Assembly (NCBI GenBank): GCA_051251915.1
Contig: JBPOGF010000006.1
Span: forward strand, 32,001 to 96,000
DNA from: Akkermansiaceae bacterium
GTDB lineage: Bacteria; Verrucomicrobiota; Verrucomicrobiia; Verrucomicrobiales; Akkermansiaceae
Length of the DNA: 64,000 bases
Direction: 5' to 3'
The translations under genes and the position numbers were made by a program. Positions 41,623-51,598 of this stretch are shown piece by piece. How positions within the stretch are numbered: position 1 is the stretch's first letter; every line of letters starts with the position of its first letter. Under the pieces are notes generated by a model. It was given only the letters and a program-made list of their open reading frames with translations, was not told the DNA's origin and searched no databases.

Positions 41623-43863
41623 CTATTTGGGATTGTAATCTTGGATGGTTTCGTAGTGGAGGTGTTTGTCTTCTTGGGTGATGGTGACGGCTCCGGATTG
41701 ATTTAGGAGGTAGAGGTTGATGCCTTGGTTTTTGATGGCGTTGATCCAGGTGGTGGAGCGGGATTGGTCTGGGGGGAAGTGGGAGTGGGTGGCGATGATG
41801 GTTTTGGGGGAGAGGAGTTCTATTATGTCTGGGTGGAGGGAGTCGTCTAGTTTGTGTTTGCCTAGGATGAGGATGTCAGGGGTAAGTTTTGGGAGGGAGT
41901 CGTTGTGAAGGCGTTGGCGTAGCCAGTGGGTGAGTTGGTAGCCGCCGTCGTTTAGGAATAGGATGCGTTTGCCGTGCCAGTGGAGTAGGAAGACGAGGGT
42001 GCGGTCGTCTGCGTAGGTTTGTGATGTGGGTGGGGAGTGGATGAGTTCTAGGTTGATGCCATCGGCGATGGGGAAGGTGGTTTCTGGGGAGTGGATGATG
42101 TGGGTTCCTTTTTGTTGGGCTGTGTGGAGGAGTTGGTTGTAGGTGGTGCTGCGGGATGTTCCGGGTGGGGTGAGGAGTTGTTTGATGGGAAATTCTTGGA
42201 GTGCTTGGGTGAGGCCTTGGACGTGGTTGATGTCTGGGTGGGAGGCGATGAGGGTGTCTAGTCTGGCGCCATTTTTGTCTAGGCTGGGGAAGATTTCTCC
42301 GTAGAAGTGTGGTTTGTTACCTGCGTCTAACAGGATGCCTCCGCCTAGTGAGAGGTAGGCAGCACCGCCGCCTTTGGAGAGTGAGTAGATGACGATGCGC
42401 TCGCCGGTGGACCAGGGTTGGGCGTGGTATCTGGAGTTGGGGATGGAGGCGAAGAAGTGGGAGATTCCGTGTGCTGCGTTTGCGGTGTGGGCGTTGAGTT
42501 GGTTGATATTTTTTCCTAGTGTGGGGGAGATGGAGCCGAGGGTGAGTGAGAGGCAGCAGGTTCCTAGGAGGAGGAAGACGATGAACATGAGGGGGACGCT
42601 GGCGATGATGGCGATGGGGGTGATGAGTCCGAAGTAGAGCCAGATGAGGAAGGATGAGCCGAACCATGCGCTGGTGGAGATGGCGAGGGAGTCAGAGGAT
42701 TTTTTTCTGAGGTTGAGCCAGGCTTGTTGTTTTTTGGTGAGGAGAGATTGTGGGAAGAAGGGGTCGATGCAGTTGATCCATTGGTAGCGGTTCATGCACC
42801 AACTGCCGGTGAAGGCGATGGCGATGAGGACTGCGTAGGAGAGCTGGAAGCCGGGGAGGAATAGGGTGTGGGTGTTCCAGAGGAGAGCGATGATGCCGCT
42901 GAGCCAGAGGCAGTTTGGGAGTGAGGGCTTGCGGAGTAGGAGGATGGCGGTGAGGACGATGGCTCCCATGATGCTGGCGCGTAGGGCTGGTGGGCGCATG
43001 CCGGTGACGATGGCGTAGAAGAACATGAGCAGGATGACGGAGGGTATCCAGATGTTAGATGGGAGGCGGCATAGCTTGAGGAGGAGGGCGAAGATGAGGC
43101 CGATCATCATGACGTGGAGGCCGCTGACGGCGAAGACGTGGATGGTTCCGCTGTGCTTGAAGTCGGTGATGATGTCGCCGTTGCTGTCAGGTTTTTCTCC
43201 TAGGAACATGGCTAGGATGACTTTGGCGGAGTCGGTGTTCTCGATGCCGGAGGTAAGTTTTTGGCGGATGTAGTGGCGTGAGGATTCTGCGAATGTGTGG
43301 AGTTTATGGGTGGTGGCTATTTGTTCTGTGGGGATGGCGTGGTCTGCCCAGAGCTCGATGGCGATTCCTTGACGGTGGAGGTAGTCTGGTTTGTTGAAGA
43401 CGCGTGGGTTCATGGCTGGTCTTGGGAGGCGGATGGTGCCTTTGAGCCAGATTTTTTCTCCTACTTGGAGGTGATATTTTTCGGGGATGTAGGCGATGAT
43501 TTTTGAGCCGGTGATTTTTTCTGGGCCTTGGAGGATTTTGATGATGGCTTCTGTGGGGCGGCCAGGGGAGGAGTTAGACGGGGAGTCGATGATGCCGTAG
43601 ATTTCAGTGGGTTGGGCATCTAGGGATGTGGCTTCACGTTGATTTGTTAGAGTTTGGTGGTGGAGGAGGCTGCCTGAGAGAGCTAGAGCGAAACTGATTA
43701 AAAAGAGTTTTCTAGATGTGAGTGTGGTAATGAAGAGGACGAGGAATAAAGAAACCCAAGTGAGGGGAGATCCGTTGTCTACAGAAAGGATGGCCAGTGT
43801 TAGGCTGGCGAATGGGAGGAGTAGTGGCTGTCTGAGGAGCCAGATTTGGGAGGTTTTGAGCAT
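41623..43863 (-). CDS. comEC: Competence DNA-uptake channel ComEC/Rec2
   Basis: GTIHVFAVSGLHV, RASIM, GFQLSY, beta-lactamase-like SHPDINHVQG domain. Confidence 0.93.
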   Translation of the reverse strand: MLKTSQIWLLRQPLLLPFASLTLAILSVDNGSPLTWVSLFLVLFITTLTSRKLFLISFALALSGSLLHHQTLTNQREATSLDAQPTEIYGIIDSPSNSSPGRPTEAIIKILQGPEKITGSKIIAYIPEKYHLQVGEKIWLKGTIRLPRPAMNPRVFNKPDYLHRQGIAIELWADHAIPTEQIATTHKLHTFAESSRHYIRQKLTSGIENTDSAKVILAMFLGEKPDSNGDIITDFKHSGTIHVFAVSGLHVMMIGLIFALLLKLCRLPSNIWIPSVILLMFFYAIVTGMRPPALRASIMGAIVLTAILLLRKPSLPNCLWLSGIIALLWNTHTLFLPGFQLSYAVLIAIAFTGSWCMNRYQWINCIDPFFPQSLLTKKQQAWLNLRKKSSDSLAISTSAWFGSSFLIWLYFGLITPIAIIASVPLMFIVFLLLGTCCLSLTLGSISPTLGKNINQLNAHTANAAHGISHFFASIPNSRYHAQPWSTGERIVIYSLSKGGGAAYLSLGGGILLDAGNKPHFYGEIFPSLDKNGARLDTLIASHPDINHVQGLTQALQEFPIKQLLTPPGTSRSTTYNQLLHTAQQKGTHIIHSPETTFPIADGINLELIHSPPTSQTYADDRTLVFLLHWHGKRILFLNDGGYQLTHWLRQRLHNDSLPKLTPDILILGKHKLDDSLHPDIIELLSPKTIIATHSHFPPDQSRSTTWINAIKNQGINLYLLNQSGAVTITQEDKHLHYETIQDYNPK
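41877..41890 (-). repeat. Dispersed 14-mer, copy 4 (in comEC)
   Basis: AAAACTTACCCCTG, sense strand (K-L-T-P). Confidence 0.8.
43248..43261 (-). repeat. Dispersed 14-mer, copy 5 (in comEC)
   Basis: AAAACTTACCTCCG, sense strand (K-L-T-S). Confidence 0.8.
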
Positions 43864-43885
43864 TGGAGGGTGGTGGTGTACTTGG

Positions 43886-44494
43886 CTACACCGACTTCAC
43901 CTCCACTTCGTAGCCTAGTTGGCGTAGTTGTTGCATGGCGTTGGCGCTGTGTCTTGTGCTTGGGTATGCTTCGATGACTTCTGAGAGGGTGGCGGCTCCT
44001 GCTGCTGGGTCTTCGCAGTCATCTAGCTGCCATTCTGAAATACGGAAGAGGAGGAATGCGCCATCTTCTTCTGACCATTCATTTTCGTCATAGGCTTCTC
44101 TGAGGGCAGAGGCGGCGAGTTGTGGTTGTTCAAGTTTTTCTGCGTAGAGCTTTGCCATGTCTGTCCATGCTAATCTGTTAGATGGTTCTTTGATGATGGC
44201 TTTTCTGTATGCTACGACTGCATTTTCATAGTCACCTTGGGCGACTAGTGCTCTGGCTTCATGGAGGATGTCTTGCTCGGCAGTTTCATTAGCATCTGCA
44301 TACATGGACTGGGCTGCCTTGTGCGAGAGGGCGGGAAGGACGTAGAAAACTGAGAGTAATCCAAAGAATAGTCCGGCGCAGATGGTAGAGAGTAGACGAG
44401 AGAATGTGCCTGCGTCACTACCGTCTGAGTATGAGTTATAGACGTAGTATGCGATGAAGGCGCCGATGATGCCTAGGATTATTTTGGATGCCAT
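43886..44494 (-). CDS. Membrane-anchored TPR-like protein
   Basis: Two N-terminal TM segments, ARALVAQGDYENAVVAYRKAI TPR pattern. Confidence 0.75.
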   Translation of the reverse strand: MASKIILGIIGAFIAYYVYNSYSDGSDAGTFSRLLSTICAGLFFGLLSVFYVLPALSHKAAQSMYADANETAEQDILHEARALVAQGDYENAVVAYRKAIIKEPSNRLAWTDMAKLYAEKLEQPQLAASALREAYDENEWSEEDGAFLLFRISEWQLDDCEDPAAGAATLSEVIEAYPSTRHSANAMQQLRQLGYEVEVKSV

Positions 44495-44604
44495 GTTGTT
44501 GATTGTTTATATAGGATTAACTAACAGTATGACAAAAAACGAAGACAGATCAAGAAAACATAAGAATTTTAGATTGAAACTCATTTTGAGTCTCAGTTGT
44601 ACAT

Positions 44605-44641
44605 AAAAATCTCACAGGTGTAAATGAACACCGGTGAGATT
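44605..44641 (-). terminator. Intrinsic terminator of the PEP-CTERM gene
   Basis: Minus strand AATCTCACCGGTGT-loop-ACACCTGTGAGATT followed by T run. Confidence 0.7.
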
Positions 44642-44733
44642 AATTGAAAGCCTTGTGGTAGCCTTGAAAGTGATAAATCTTTAATTAAGCGCAATGCATG
44701 CCTTTTCAACAGCGATGGATACTAGAGATAGTC

Positions 44734-45444
44734 TTAACGCTTTCTTCTTAGTAATATCAGTGAAGAAAGTGATAGAAGAAGAGCTGAGCTAGGCTCAGGT
44801 ACTGCGTCTACTGAAGTTAAAGTTATGTTATCGACTGTTATATTAGGATGAGGATAACCATCGGATACAGCTCCTACGAAGATAGCTAAAGCGTCAGATC
44901 CGTCATAGTCGAAATTTAGTTCAATACTTCCTGTGTTAGGGTCATCAGTAAAATTATAATTTTCTGTTATTACTAGATTTGAAGTTCCAGATCCACCTCT
45001 TTCTTGAAGTTCACCTGTCTGAGCATTGAGATAAATTCTATCATTGGTATTAGTCTCTGTCTCAAAATCATTTCCAGTGAATATATTCACTCTAAGAGAA
45101 TCACTAATGTTAGTTTCTCTGTCTGCAGTTAACTCAAAATTAGTGATGTCGAGTGTTAGGCTGTAAGAACCTGCTGGTAATAAATCACCAGCTTCAAAAG
45201 CAATTCCTATTCCACGGAAACCGCTTGTAGAAGATAGTAGTAAAGCTTCATCTACGATGGAGGCACTTGAGGCAACTGAAATCTCACCATAAGTAGCAAG
45301 AGATGATCTGCCTCCCAGGTTAGCTTGAGTTGTACTAGGTAATGTTGCAGCGGAGAAATCTTCACTGTAGACTACTGGACCAGCGTATAGAGGAAGCGCA
45401 GAGGCTATGATGATAATTGATTGTTTAATAAGGGGATAATTCAT
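44734..45444 (-). CDS. PEP-CTERM surface protein
   Basis: Signal peptide; VPEPSSALLLSLSSLILLRRKR. Confidence 0.92.
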   Translation of the reverse strand: MNYPLIKQSIIIIASALPLYAGPVVYSEDFSAATLPSTTQANLGGRSSLATYGEISVASSASIVDEALLLSSTSGFRGIGIAFEAGDLLPAGSYSLTLDITNFELTADRETNISDSLRVNIFTGNDFETETNTNDRIYLNAQTGELQERGGSGTSNLVITENYNFTDDPNTGSIELNFDYDGSDALAIFVGAVSDGYPHPNITVDNITLTSVDAVPEPSSALLLSLSSLILLRRKR

Positions 45445-45956
45445 AATATATTAGTTAGTTATTTATCGAGGGGCTGTGAATTTATCAAAAAACACCATAA
45501 GGTCAACAACAGTTTATTGTTTTTTTATAATTACGACGGTGTGGAGCGTTAATTATAAATATAATTAGGATGGGTTAATAAAAATGAAATATTTATTAAC
45601 ATTAAAGGCGCCTCTGGCAACTCCCGACTATGCTGTTTAGAATGAGTGAGCTAAGGAGGTTTGCACCTCAAGGCAATCGGTAAAAACGTCTCGGATCAGC
45701 TCAGGAAATGGTGAACGAGTAGGCTAGATTGAAACAGAGAAACCTCTCGCAACTGGTGGTCTCTTGAGCGCGGAGCTTCTTGTGCGGAGCTTCTTGTATA
45801 GTGTTAAGGGCCTAATTTTCATCGTTTCTGCCCTCCTTGGGTTAGGTTGGTGTGGCATAATGACTACTGACGGTATCATGACTGGTGACTTGGGATTTAG
45901 GCTAATTCCTTATCCATTCTTGTTGTTACTTAGCAAATGGGGTAGGTCTATGAGTA

Positions 45957-47687
45957 ATGAAATATTTGTATTGTCTGCTTTTGTTGTGTGCGCCGGTTAC
46001 AGCGGTTGTTAAGGCTGGTGAGGATGCTAAGCCGAATGTGTTGTTTATTGCGGTGGATGATCTTAATGATTGGATAGGGTGTATGGGGGGGAATGAGCAG
46101 TCGATCACTCCGAATTTTGATAAGTTGGCGAGGCAGGGGATGTTGTTTACGAATGCGCATTGTGTGGCGCCGGCTTGTAATCCGTCACGGACGGCGACGA
46201 TGACTGGGCGATCACCGCATAAGACTGGGGTGTATTCTAATGCGCAGAATATGCGTGATCAGTTACCGGATGAGGATACGATGCCGGCGTATTTTATGAA
46301 GCATGGGTACTGGGCTGGTGGGTCTGGGAAGATGTTTCATTATTTCACGGATGCTCGTTCTTGGGATGAGTATTTCCCGGAGAAGTCTACTGAGATGCCG
46401 CTGCCTTATACGTTATATCCTGAGACGCGTCCGCTGACGTTGAGGCGTGCGGGACCGTGGCAGTATGTGGAGACTGATTGGGGTCCGTTGGAGACTACTG
46501 ATAAGGATTTTGGTGGTGATTATTCTGTGTCTGAGTGGGTGGGGAATCAGTTGAGCAAGGAGCATGAGAAGCCGTTCTTTCTTGCGTGTGGGATCTACCG
46601 TCCGCATGAGCCTTGGTTTGTGCCGCAGAAGTATTTTGATAAGTTTCCGTTAGAGGATATTAAGTTGCCGCCTGCTTATAAGAAGGGTGATATTGATGAT
46701 TTGCCGGAGGCGGGTCAGAGAATGGCGAATAACAGGTATTTCCCGCATATTGTTAAGGAGGGTCAGTGGGAGCGTGGGATTCAGGGGTATTTGGCTTCGA
46801 TTAATTTTGCGGATGCGATGTTAGGTCGTGTGCTTGAGTCGCTGGAGAATGGTCCGAATAAGGATAATACGATTGTTGTGCTGTGGTCTGATCATGGTTG
46901 GCATCTTGGTTCTAAGGAGCATTGGCAGAAGTATTCTGCTTGGAGGGCTTGTACTCGGATTCCTTTGATGATGAAGGTGCCTGCTGAGCTTTCTGCGAAG
47001 CTTCCTGAGGGGATAGCTGCTGGTGGGGTGAGTGATGAGCCGGTGAGTTTGATTTCTCTGTTCCCTACTTTGACTGATCTGTGTGGGCTTCCTGGGAAGG
47101 CTAATGTGGATGGGGCATCGCTTGTGCCGATGTTGAAGGATCCGACGACTATGGTGGATCCGGTGGCGATTACGTATCTGGATAAGCCTGGGAGTGTGGG
47201 TGTGAGTGGTAAGGACTGGCGTTATATTCAGTATCATGATGGCTCTGAGGAGCTTTATGATATTGTGGCTGATCCTTATGAGTGGGATAATTTAGCGAAG
47301 CAGGAGAGTGCTGAGGTGAAGGCGAAGCTGGAGGAGTTCCGTAAGCATGTGCCGGCGGAGTTTGCTCCGAAGCCTAAGATTAAGGTGAAGGATCTGATGG
47401 CGCTTAAGTGGCAGGAGATAGATGCGAAGGTGGGTGTGCCTGTTTCTAAGCCTGATGGTGGAGACATTCGTCTGGCTATTGTGAATAAGCGTGGGGAGAA
47501 GGTTCAGGTCTTTAGGGTTTCTCCTGATGGCGCGCAGGTGAGGATGGGCGAGGTGGATGCGGAGTCTACTGAGGAATTTAAGTCTAAGCCTGGTGAGGTG
47601 TGGTTGATCAAGAGTGAGGAGTGGACTGATCTGGGGTATTTCCAATTTAAGGATAGGGGTTCTCAGGCTGTGATACCTGCTTCTTAG
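45957..47687 (+). CDS. Family S1 sulfatase (iduronate-2-sulfatase-like) with C-terminal VHL-beta-like domain
   Basis: PNVLFIAVDDLND, CNPSR, RPHEPW, WSDHGWHLG; extra ~80 aa C-terminal beta domain. Confidence 0.9.
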   Translation: MKYLYCLLLLCAPVTAVVKAGEDAKPNVLFIAVDDLNDWIGCMGGNEQSITPNFDKLARQGMLFTNAHCVAPACNPSRTATMTGRSPHKTGVYSNAQNMRDQLPDEDTMPAYFMKHGYWAGGSGKMFHYFTDARSWDEYFPEKSTEMPLPYTLYPETRPLTLRRAGPWQYVETDWGPLETTDKDFGGDYSVSEWVGNQLSKEHEKPFFLACGIYRPHEPWFVPQKYFDKFPLEDIKLPPAYKKGDIDDLPEAGQRMANNRYFPHIVKEGQWERGIQGYLASINFADAMLGRVLESLENGPNKDNTIVVLWSDHGWHLGSKEHWQKYSAWRACTRIPLMMKVPAELSAKLPEGIAAGGVSDEPVSLISLFPTLTDLCGLPGKANVDGASLVPMLKDPTTMVDPVAITYLDKPGSVGVSGKDWRYIQYHDGSEELYDIVADPYEWDNLAKQESAEVKAKLEEFRKHVPAEFAPKPKIKVKDLMALKWQEIDAKVGVPVSKPDGGDIRLAIVNKRGEKVQVFRVSPDGAQVRMGEVDAESTEEFKSKPGEVWLIKSEEWTDLGYFQFKDRGSQAVIPAS

Positions 47688-47795
47688 GTTGATCTGTGGA
47701 GGGGCGCTGCTTGTGAAATAAAGCATCATTTTAATCGATGGAGATATGGATGTTATCAATTTGAATGATTTGTGAATTCTGCTTAGGGTTGCGCC

Positions 47796-50408
47796 ATGTC
47801 AGAAGACGAATTTGTAATACCTGAGAAACATAGAGTGGGAGCAGCGGACACTCGATCATTTTGGACGATGGTGGTGTTGGCGGCGCAGAATGCCTTTAAT
47901 GATAAGGCTGCGCAGACGATGTTGACGGTTTTGGGGGTGTTTATAGCGAATGCTGCATTTAGGGCTCATCATGCGGGGGATATGTCTGCGGAGGCGCTTT
48001 CGACTGCGAGTTCGGCTGGTAGTGCATGGGTTCCGTTGGCGTTTGGGGCGTTGATTTTGGCGCCGTTTATTTTGTTGGCCCCGATTGCTGGGTGGATTTC
48101 GGATCGGTTTAGTAAGACGCGGGTGTTGCGGGCTGGTGCGTTGATGCAGGTTTGTGTGTTGGCGTTGATTTTGTGGGCGGTGAGTATTGAGAATTTTTAT
48201 ATTGGTATCACTGGTTTTGGGTTGTTGGCATTGCAGTCGACTATTTTGAGTCCGGCGAAGAAGGGTATAGTGAAGGAGATGATGGGGAGTGAGAAGCTGG
48301 GTGCGGCGAGTGGGGTGCTGGAGCTGAGTTCTGTATTGGCGATTTGTGTGGGGCAGATTTTGAGTGGATTTTGGTTTGATAGTAGGATGGCGGAGGCTGG
48401 ATCACCGTGGGAGGCTGCGCATTTTCCGATCATGTTGTTGTTGATTTTTTCTGTTCCGGCTTATTTGGCATCTTATACGATGAAGGTTTATCCGTCTCCT
48501 GGGAAGCGGCCGTTTAAGAAGAGTATCGTTTTTGAGCATGTGGGGCAGATGAAGGATCTGTTAGGTGATTCGCGGATACGGCTTAGTGCGTTGGCGATTG
48601 CGTTTTTCTGGTTTATTGGTGGGTTTATCAATGTGGCTGCGATTCAGGTGGCGAATGAGATCACGGAGAGTTCAAAACTTACCTCTGGGAGTTCTAGTGG
48701 GATGGGATCTGAGTTGGCTTATCTGTTGGCGGCGGCTAGTGGTGGTATGATTCTTGGTGGTTCGTTGGCTGCTTATAGTAGTAGGAGGTCTATTGAGCTT
48801 GGGTTGGTTCCTATTGGTGGGATTTTGATGGTGGTGGGGAGTTTGTCGTTGGCGTTTGTGCCTACTGATGGGGTTTGGTTTAAGTTTTGGATTGGGTTTA
48901 CGGGGTTTGGTGCTTCGATGTTTTTGGTTCCTTTGAATGCGTATCTTCAGGATAATTGTGATGAGAATAAGCGTGGGAAGGTGATCGCTGGTTCTAATCT
49001 GTTAGATTGTATTGCAGGGGCTTTTGCGCTTGGGATGTTTTCTACGTTGTTGGCAGTGGGGGTGAGTATTAATCACCAGTTTATTATCATTGCGGTGTTG
49101 TGTTTGGCGGTGACTATTTATGCGACGACGATTTTGCCGAGGCATTTTGTTAGATTTACGGTGTTGACGTTTATGCGGATATTTTATCGGCAGAAGGTGT
49201 TGCATGCGGAGCGGATGCCGGATGAGGGTGGGGTTCTTATTGTGCCTAACCATGTGACTTATTTGGATGCGTTTATTTTGACTGCGTCTAGTAAGCGACC
49301 GATTCGGTTTTTGATGTATGATAGTTATTTTAAGAAGGCTGGGTTAGTGAGGTTCTTTATTAAGTTTTTTGATACGGTTCCTATTTCTGATAAGCGTGCT
49401 AAGGAGGCGATTCAGAAGGCTGCGGATGCGGTGGCTGAGGGTGGAGTGGTGTGTATATTCCCTGAGGGTCAGTTGACTAGGTCTGGGTGTATGAATGAGC
49501 TGAAGAGGGGGTTTGAGATGATAGCGCGGAAGGCGAAGTGTCCGGTGGTTCCGGTGTATATGGATGGGTTGTGGGGGTCTATTTTCTCTTTTGAGCGGGG
49601 GAAATTTATTTTTAAGTGGCCGTATAGACTGAAGTATGGGGTGACTGTGGCGTGGGGTGAACCGATGGGGGCTAGGGAGGCTACTGCGGTGGCTGTTAGG
49701 GAGAAGTTGAGTGAGTTGAGCGCTGAGTCGTTTTCTTATCGGGATGTGCTGCAGAAGCCGATGAAGTCAGCTTGTGGTGGTAGGGTGAAGGTGAAGGAGG
49801 GGAGTGAGGAGTTGCTGGAAAAACTTACCTCTGAGGTTTCTCAGATGCCTGAGGAGAAGGTGCTGGGGTTGGTTTATAATGCGTTGCAGATTTCTGAGGT
49901 GCATGCGCTGAGGAAGAAGGATACTATTGCGCTTTATGTGGATGAACTGGGTGATGTGGCGCATGTTCTTGCGGTTATTTTGCCTAGGATAGGTAGGTAT
50001 AATGTGGTGTTGATAGATGATGCTACTACGGCGGATGAAGTGAAGGCTTGGGGGGAGAAGTATGAGATTAAGAATTACTTTGGTGGTGAGAAGTTGCGTG
50101 AATTGTTAGATTCTGCGGGGCTGACTGAGGTGCCGATTTATTTGGTGAATGGGAGTGCGGCTTCTGAGCGATGTTATCCGGTGAAGGTGGTGGATGAGCG
50201 GGTGGTGGCTATGTCTATGCCGCATCCTATAGCGGTGACGAAGACGAATCAATTTCAGGCGGGATGGAAGGAATCTGCATATGGTAGGGTGCTTCCGGGG
50301 TATAGAGTGGATGAAAATGGTGAGAGGGATATGATTTATGATCCGCAGGGGAATCTGCCGATTGTAGAGGCGGTTGTGGATAGTGAGGGCTTTATGATGG
50401 TGGGGTAG
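47796..50408 (+). CDS. Aas-like fusion: LplT-type MFS + PlsC acyltransferase + degenerate C-terminal domain
   Basis: QNAFND, GWISDRFSK, NHVTYLD, FPEGQLTRSG. Confidence 0.85.
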   Translation: MSEDEFVIPEKHRVGAADTRSFWTMVVLAAQNAFNDKAAQTMLTVLGVFIANAAFRAHHAGDMSAEALSTASSAGSAWVPLAFGALILAPFILLAPIAGWISDRFSKTRVLRAGALMQVCVLALILWAVSIENFYIGITGFGLLALQSTILSPAKKGIVKEMMGSEKLGAASGVLELSSVLAICVGQILSGFWFDSRMAEAGSPWEAAHFPIMLLLIFSVPAYLASYTMKVYPSPGKRPFKKSIVFEHVGQMKDLLGDSRIRLSALAIAFFWFIGGFINVAAIQVANEITESSKLTSGSSSGMGSELAYLLAAASGGMILGGSLAAYSSRRSIELGLVPIGGILMVVGSLSLAFVPTDGVWFKFWIGFTGFGASMFLVPLNAYLQDNCDENKRGKVIAGSNLLDCIAGAFALGMFSTLLAVGVSINHQFIIIAVLCLAVTIYATTILPRHFVRFTVLTFMRIFYRQKVLHAERMPDEGGVLIVPNHVTYLDAFILTASSKRPIRFLMYDSYFKKAGLVRFFIKFFDTVPISDKRAKEAIQKAADAVAEGGVVCIFPEGQLTRSGCMNELKRGFEMIARKAKCPVVPVYMDGLWGSIFSFERGKFIFKWPYRLKYGVTVAWGEPMGAREATAVAVREKLSELSAESFSYRDVLQKPMKSACGGRVKVKEGSEELLEKLTSEVSQMPEEKVLGLVYNALQISEVHALRKKDTIALYVDELGDVAHVLAVILPRIGRYNVVLIDDATTADEVKAWGEKYEIKNYFGGEKLRELLDSAGLTEVPIYLVNGSAASERCYPVKVVDERVVAMSMPHPIAVTKTNQFQAGWKESAYGRVLPGYRVDENGERDMIYDPQGNLPIVEAVVDSEGFMMVG
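48674..48687 (+). repeat. Dispersed 14-mer, copy 6
   Basis: AAAACTTACCTCTG, sense strand (K-L-T-S), against the local G/T skew. Confidence 0.8.
49820..49833 (+). repeat. Dispersed 14-mer, copy 7
   Basis: AAAACTTACCTCTG, sense strand (K-L-T-S). Confidence 0.8.
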
Positions 50409-50421
50409 AGGGCTGCGCCCT

Positions 50422-50463
50422 GGAAGCAGGAAGCGGGAAGCGGGAAGCGGGAAGCGGGAAGCG
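50422..50463 (+). repeat. Heptamer tandem repeat (GGAAGCR) x6
   Basis: Read directly. Confidence 0.95.
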
Positions 50464-50545
50464 AGGAGCGTGACAACTATCGTTTTGCGATACATACTCT
50501 AATCTCTGGGCTTGCAGTTCGCTGTATCTGGGACATTATCTTTGG

Positions 50546-51526
50546 GTGACTAAGGACAAAATTATTGCGAGGGCGAAGCGGGTGATCGAGATAGAGCAGC
50601 AGGCTATTAATGGGTTGTTGGTTAATCTGGGGCAGGAATTCGTGGATGCTATTGGGTTGCTGGCGGATGCTGTGGAGGCTAAGAATAAGGTTGTGGTTGT
50701 GGGTGTGGGGAAGTCTGGGAACATTAGCCATAAGATAGCGGCTACGTTGAATTCTACTGGGGCTACTGCTGTGGTGTTGAATTCTCAGAATGCGCTGCAT
50801 GGTGATCTGGGGATTATTTCTGATGGGGATGTGGTGTTGGCTTTGTCTTATTCTGGTGAGACTGCTGAGTTGGTGGATTTGATTCCTTCGATTAAACGGT
50901 TTGATGTGAAGTTGATTAGTATTACGGGGAAGGCTGAATCTACTTTGGCTCGGTATTCTGATATTGCGTTGTTGACTCCGGTGGAGCGTGAGGCTTGTCC
51001 GTTGAATTTGGCGCCTACTTCGTCGTCGACGGCGGCGTTGGTGATGGGTGATGCGTTGGCGATGGTTTTGTTAGATGCTAGGGGGTTTACGGAGAAGGAT
51101 TTTGCGCGGTATCATCCGGGTGGATCGCTTGGTAGGGCATTGCTCACGAAGGTGGAAGATATTATGCGGACTGGTGATTCCTTGGCGAAGTTAGCGCCGG
51201 GGGTGACGGTGGAGGTGGCTATTGGGGCGATGAGTAAATCTCGTTCTGGTGCTTGTGTGTTGGTGAGTGAGGATGGAGGACTGGCAGGGGTGTTTACTCA
51301 TGGGGATTTTGCTAGGGCGTTTGAGCAGAATGATTCTGTTAGGGGGAGGTTAGTGAGTGAATTTATGACGGTGGAGCCGATTACGGTGTTGGCGAGTTCG
51401 CTGGCGGCGGAGGCTATTAAGAAGATAGGGAAGCATAAGGTGGATGACATTGTGGTGCTTGATGATGCGGGTAAGCCGGTGGGGCTGGTGGATACGCAGG
51501 ATTTTGCTAGGTTGAAGCTGATCTAG
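50546..51526 (+). CDS. kdsD: KpsF/GutQ arabinose-5-phosphate isomerase (SIS + CBS)
   Basis: GVGKSG, HGDLG, SYSGET, EACPLNLAPTSS, HPGGSLG. Confidence 0.93.
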   Translation: MTKDKIIARAKRVIEIEQQAINGLLVNLGQEFVDAIGLLADAVEAKNKVVVVGVGKSGNISHKIAATLNSTGATAVVLNSQNALHGDLGIISDGDVVLALSYSGETAELVDLIPSIKRFDVKLISITGKAESTLARYSDIALLTPVEREACPLNLAPTSSSTAALVMGDALAMVLLDARGFTEKDFARYHPGGSLGRALLTKVEDIMRTGDSLAKLAPGVTVEVAIGAMSKSRSGACVLVSEDGGLAGVFTHGDFARAFEQNDSVRGRLVSEFMTVEPITVLASSLAAEAIKKIGKHKVDDIVVLDDAGKPVGLVDTQDFARLKLI

Positions 51527-51598
51527 TTTGGTTTGTTTTAGTTTGTTTTGGGGCTATCTTGGTCTAGTTTATGCTAGGGATGTGGTTGTAGAAAATTT

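Noticed and set aside
45607..45800. Known riboswitch (c-di-GMP-I, cobalamin, c-di-AMP)
   Set aside because: Only isolated words match (GCAAA, CTAAAC, GCAACTG); the required motif order is absent. Kept as an unassigned candidate.
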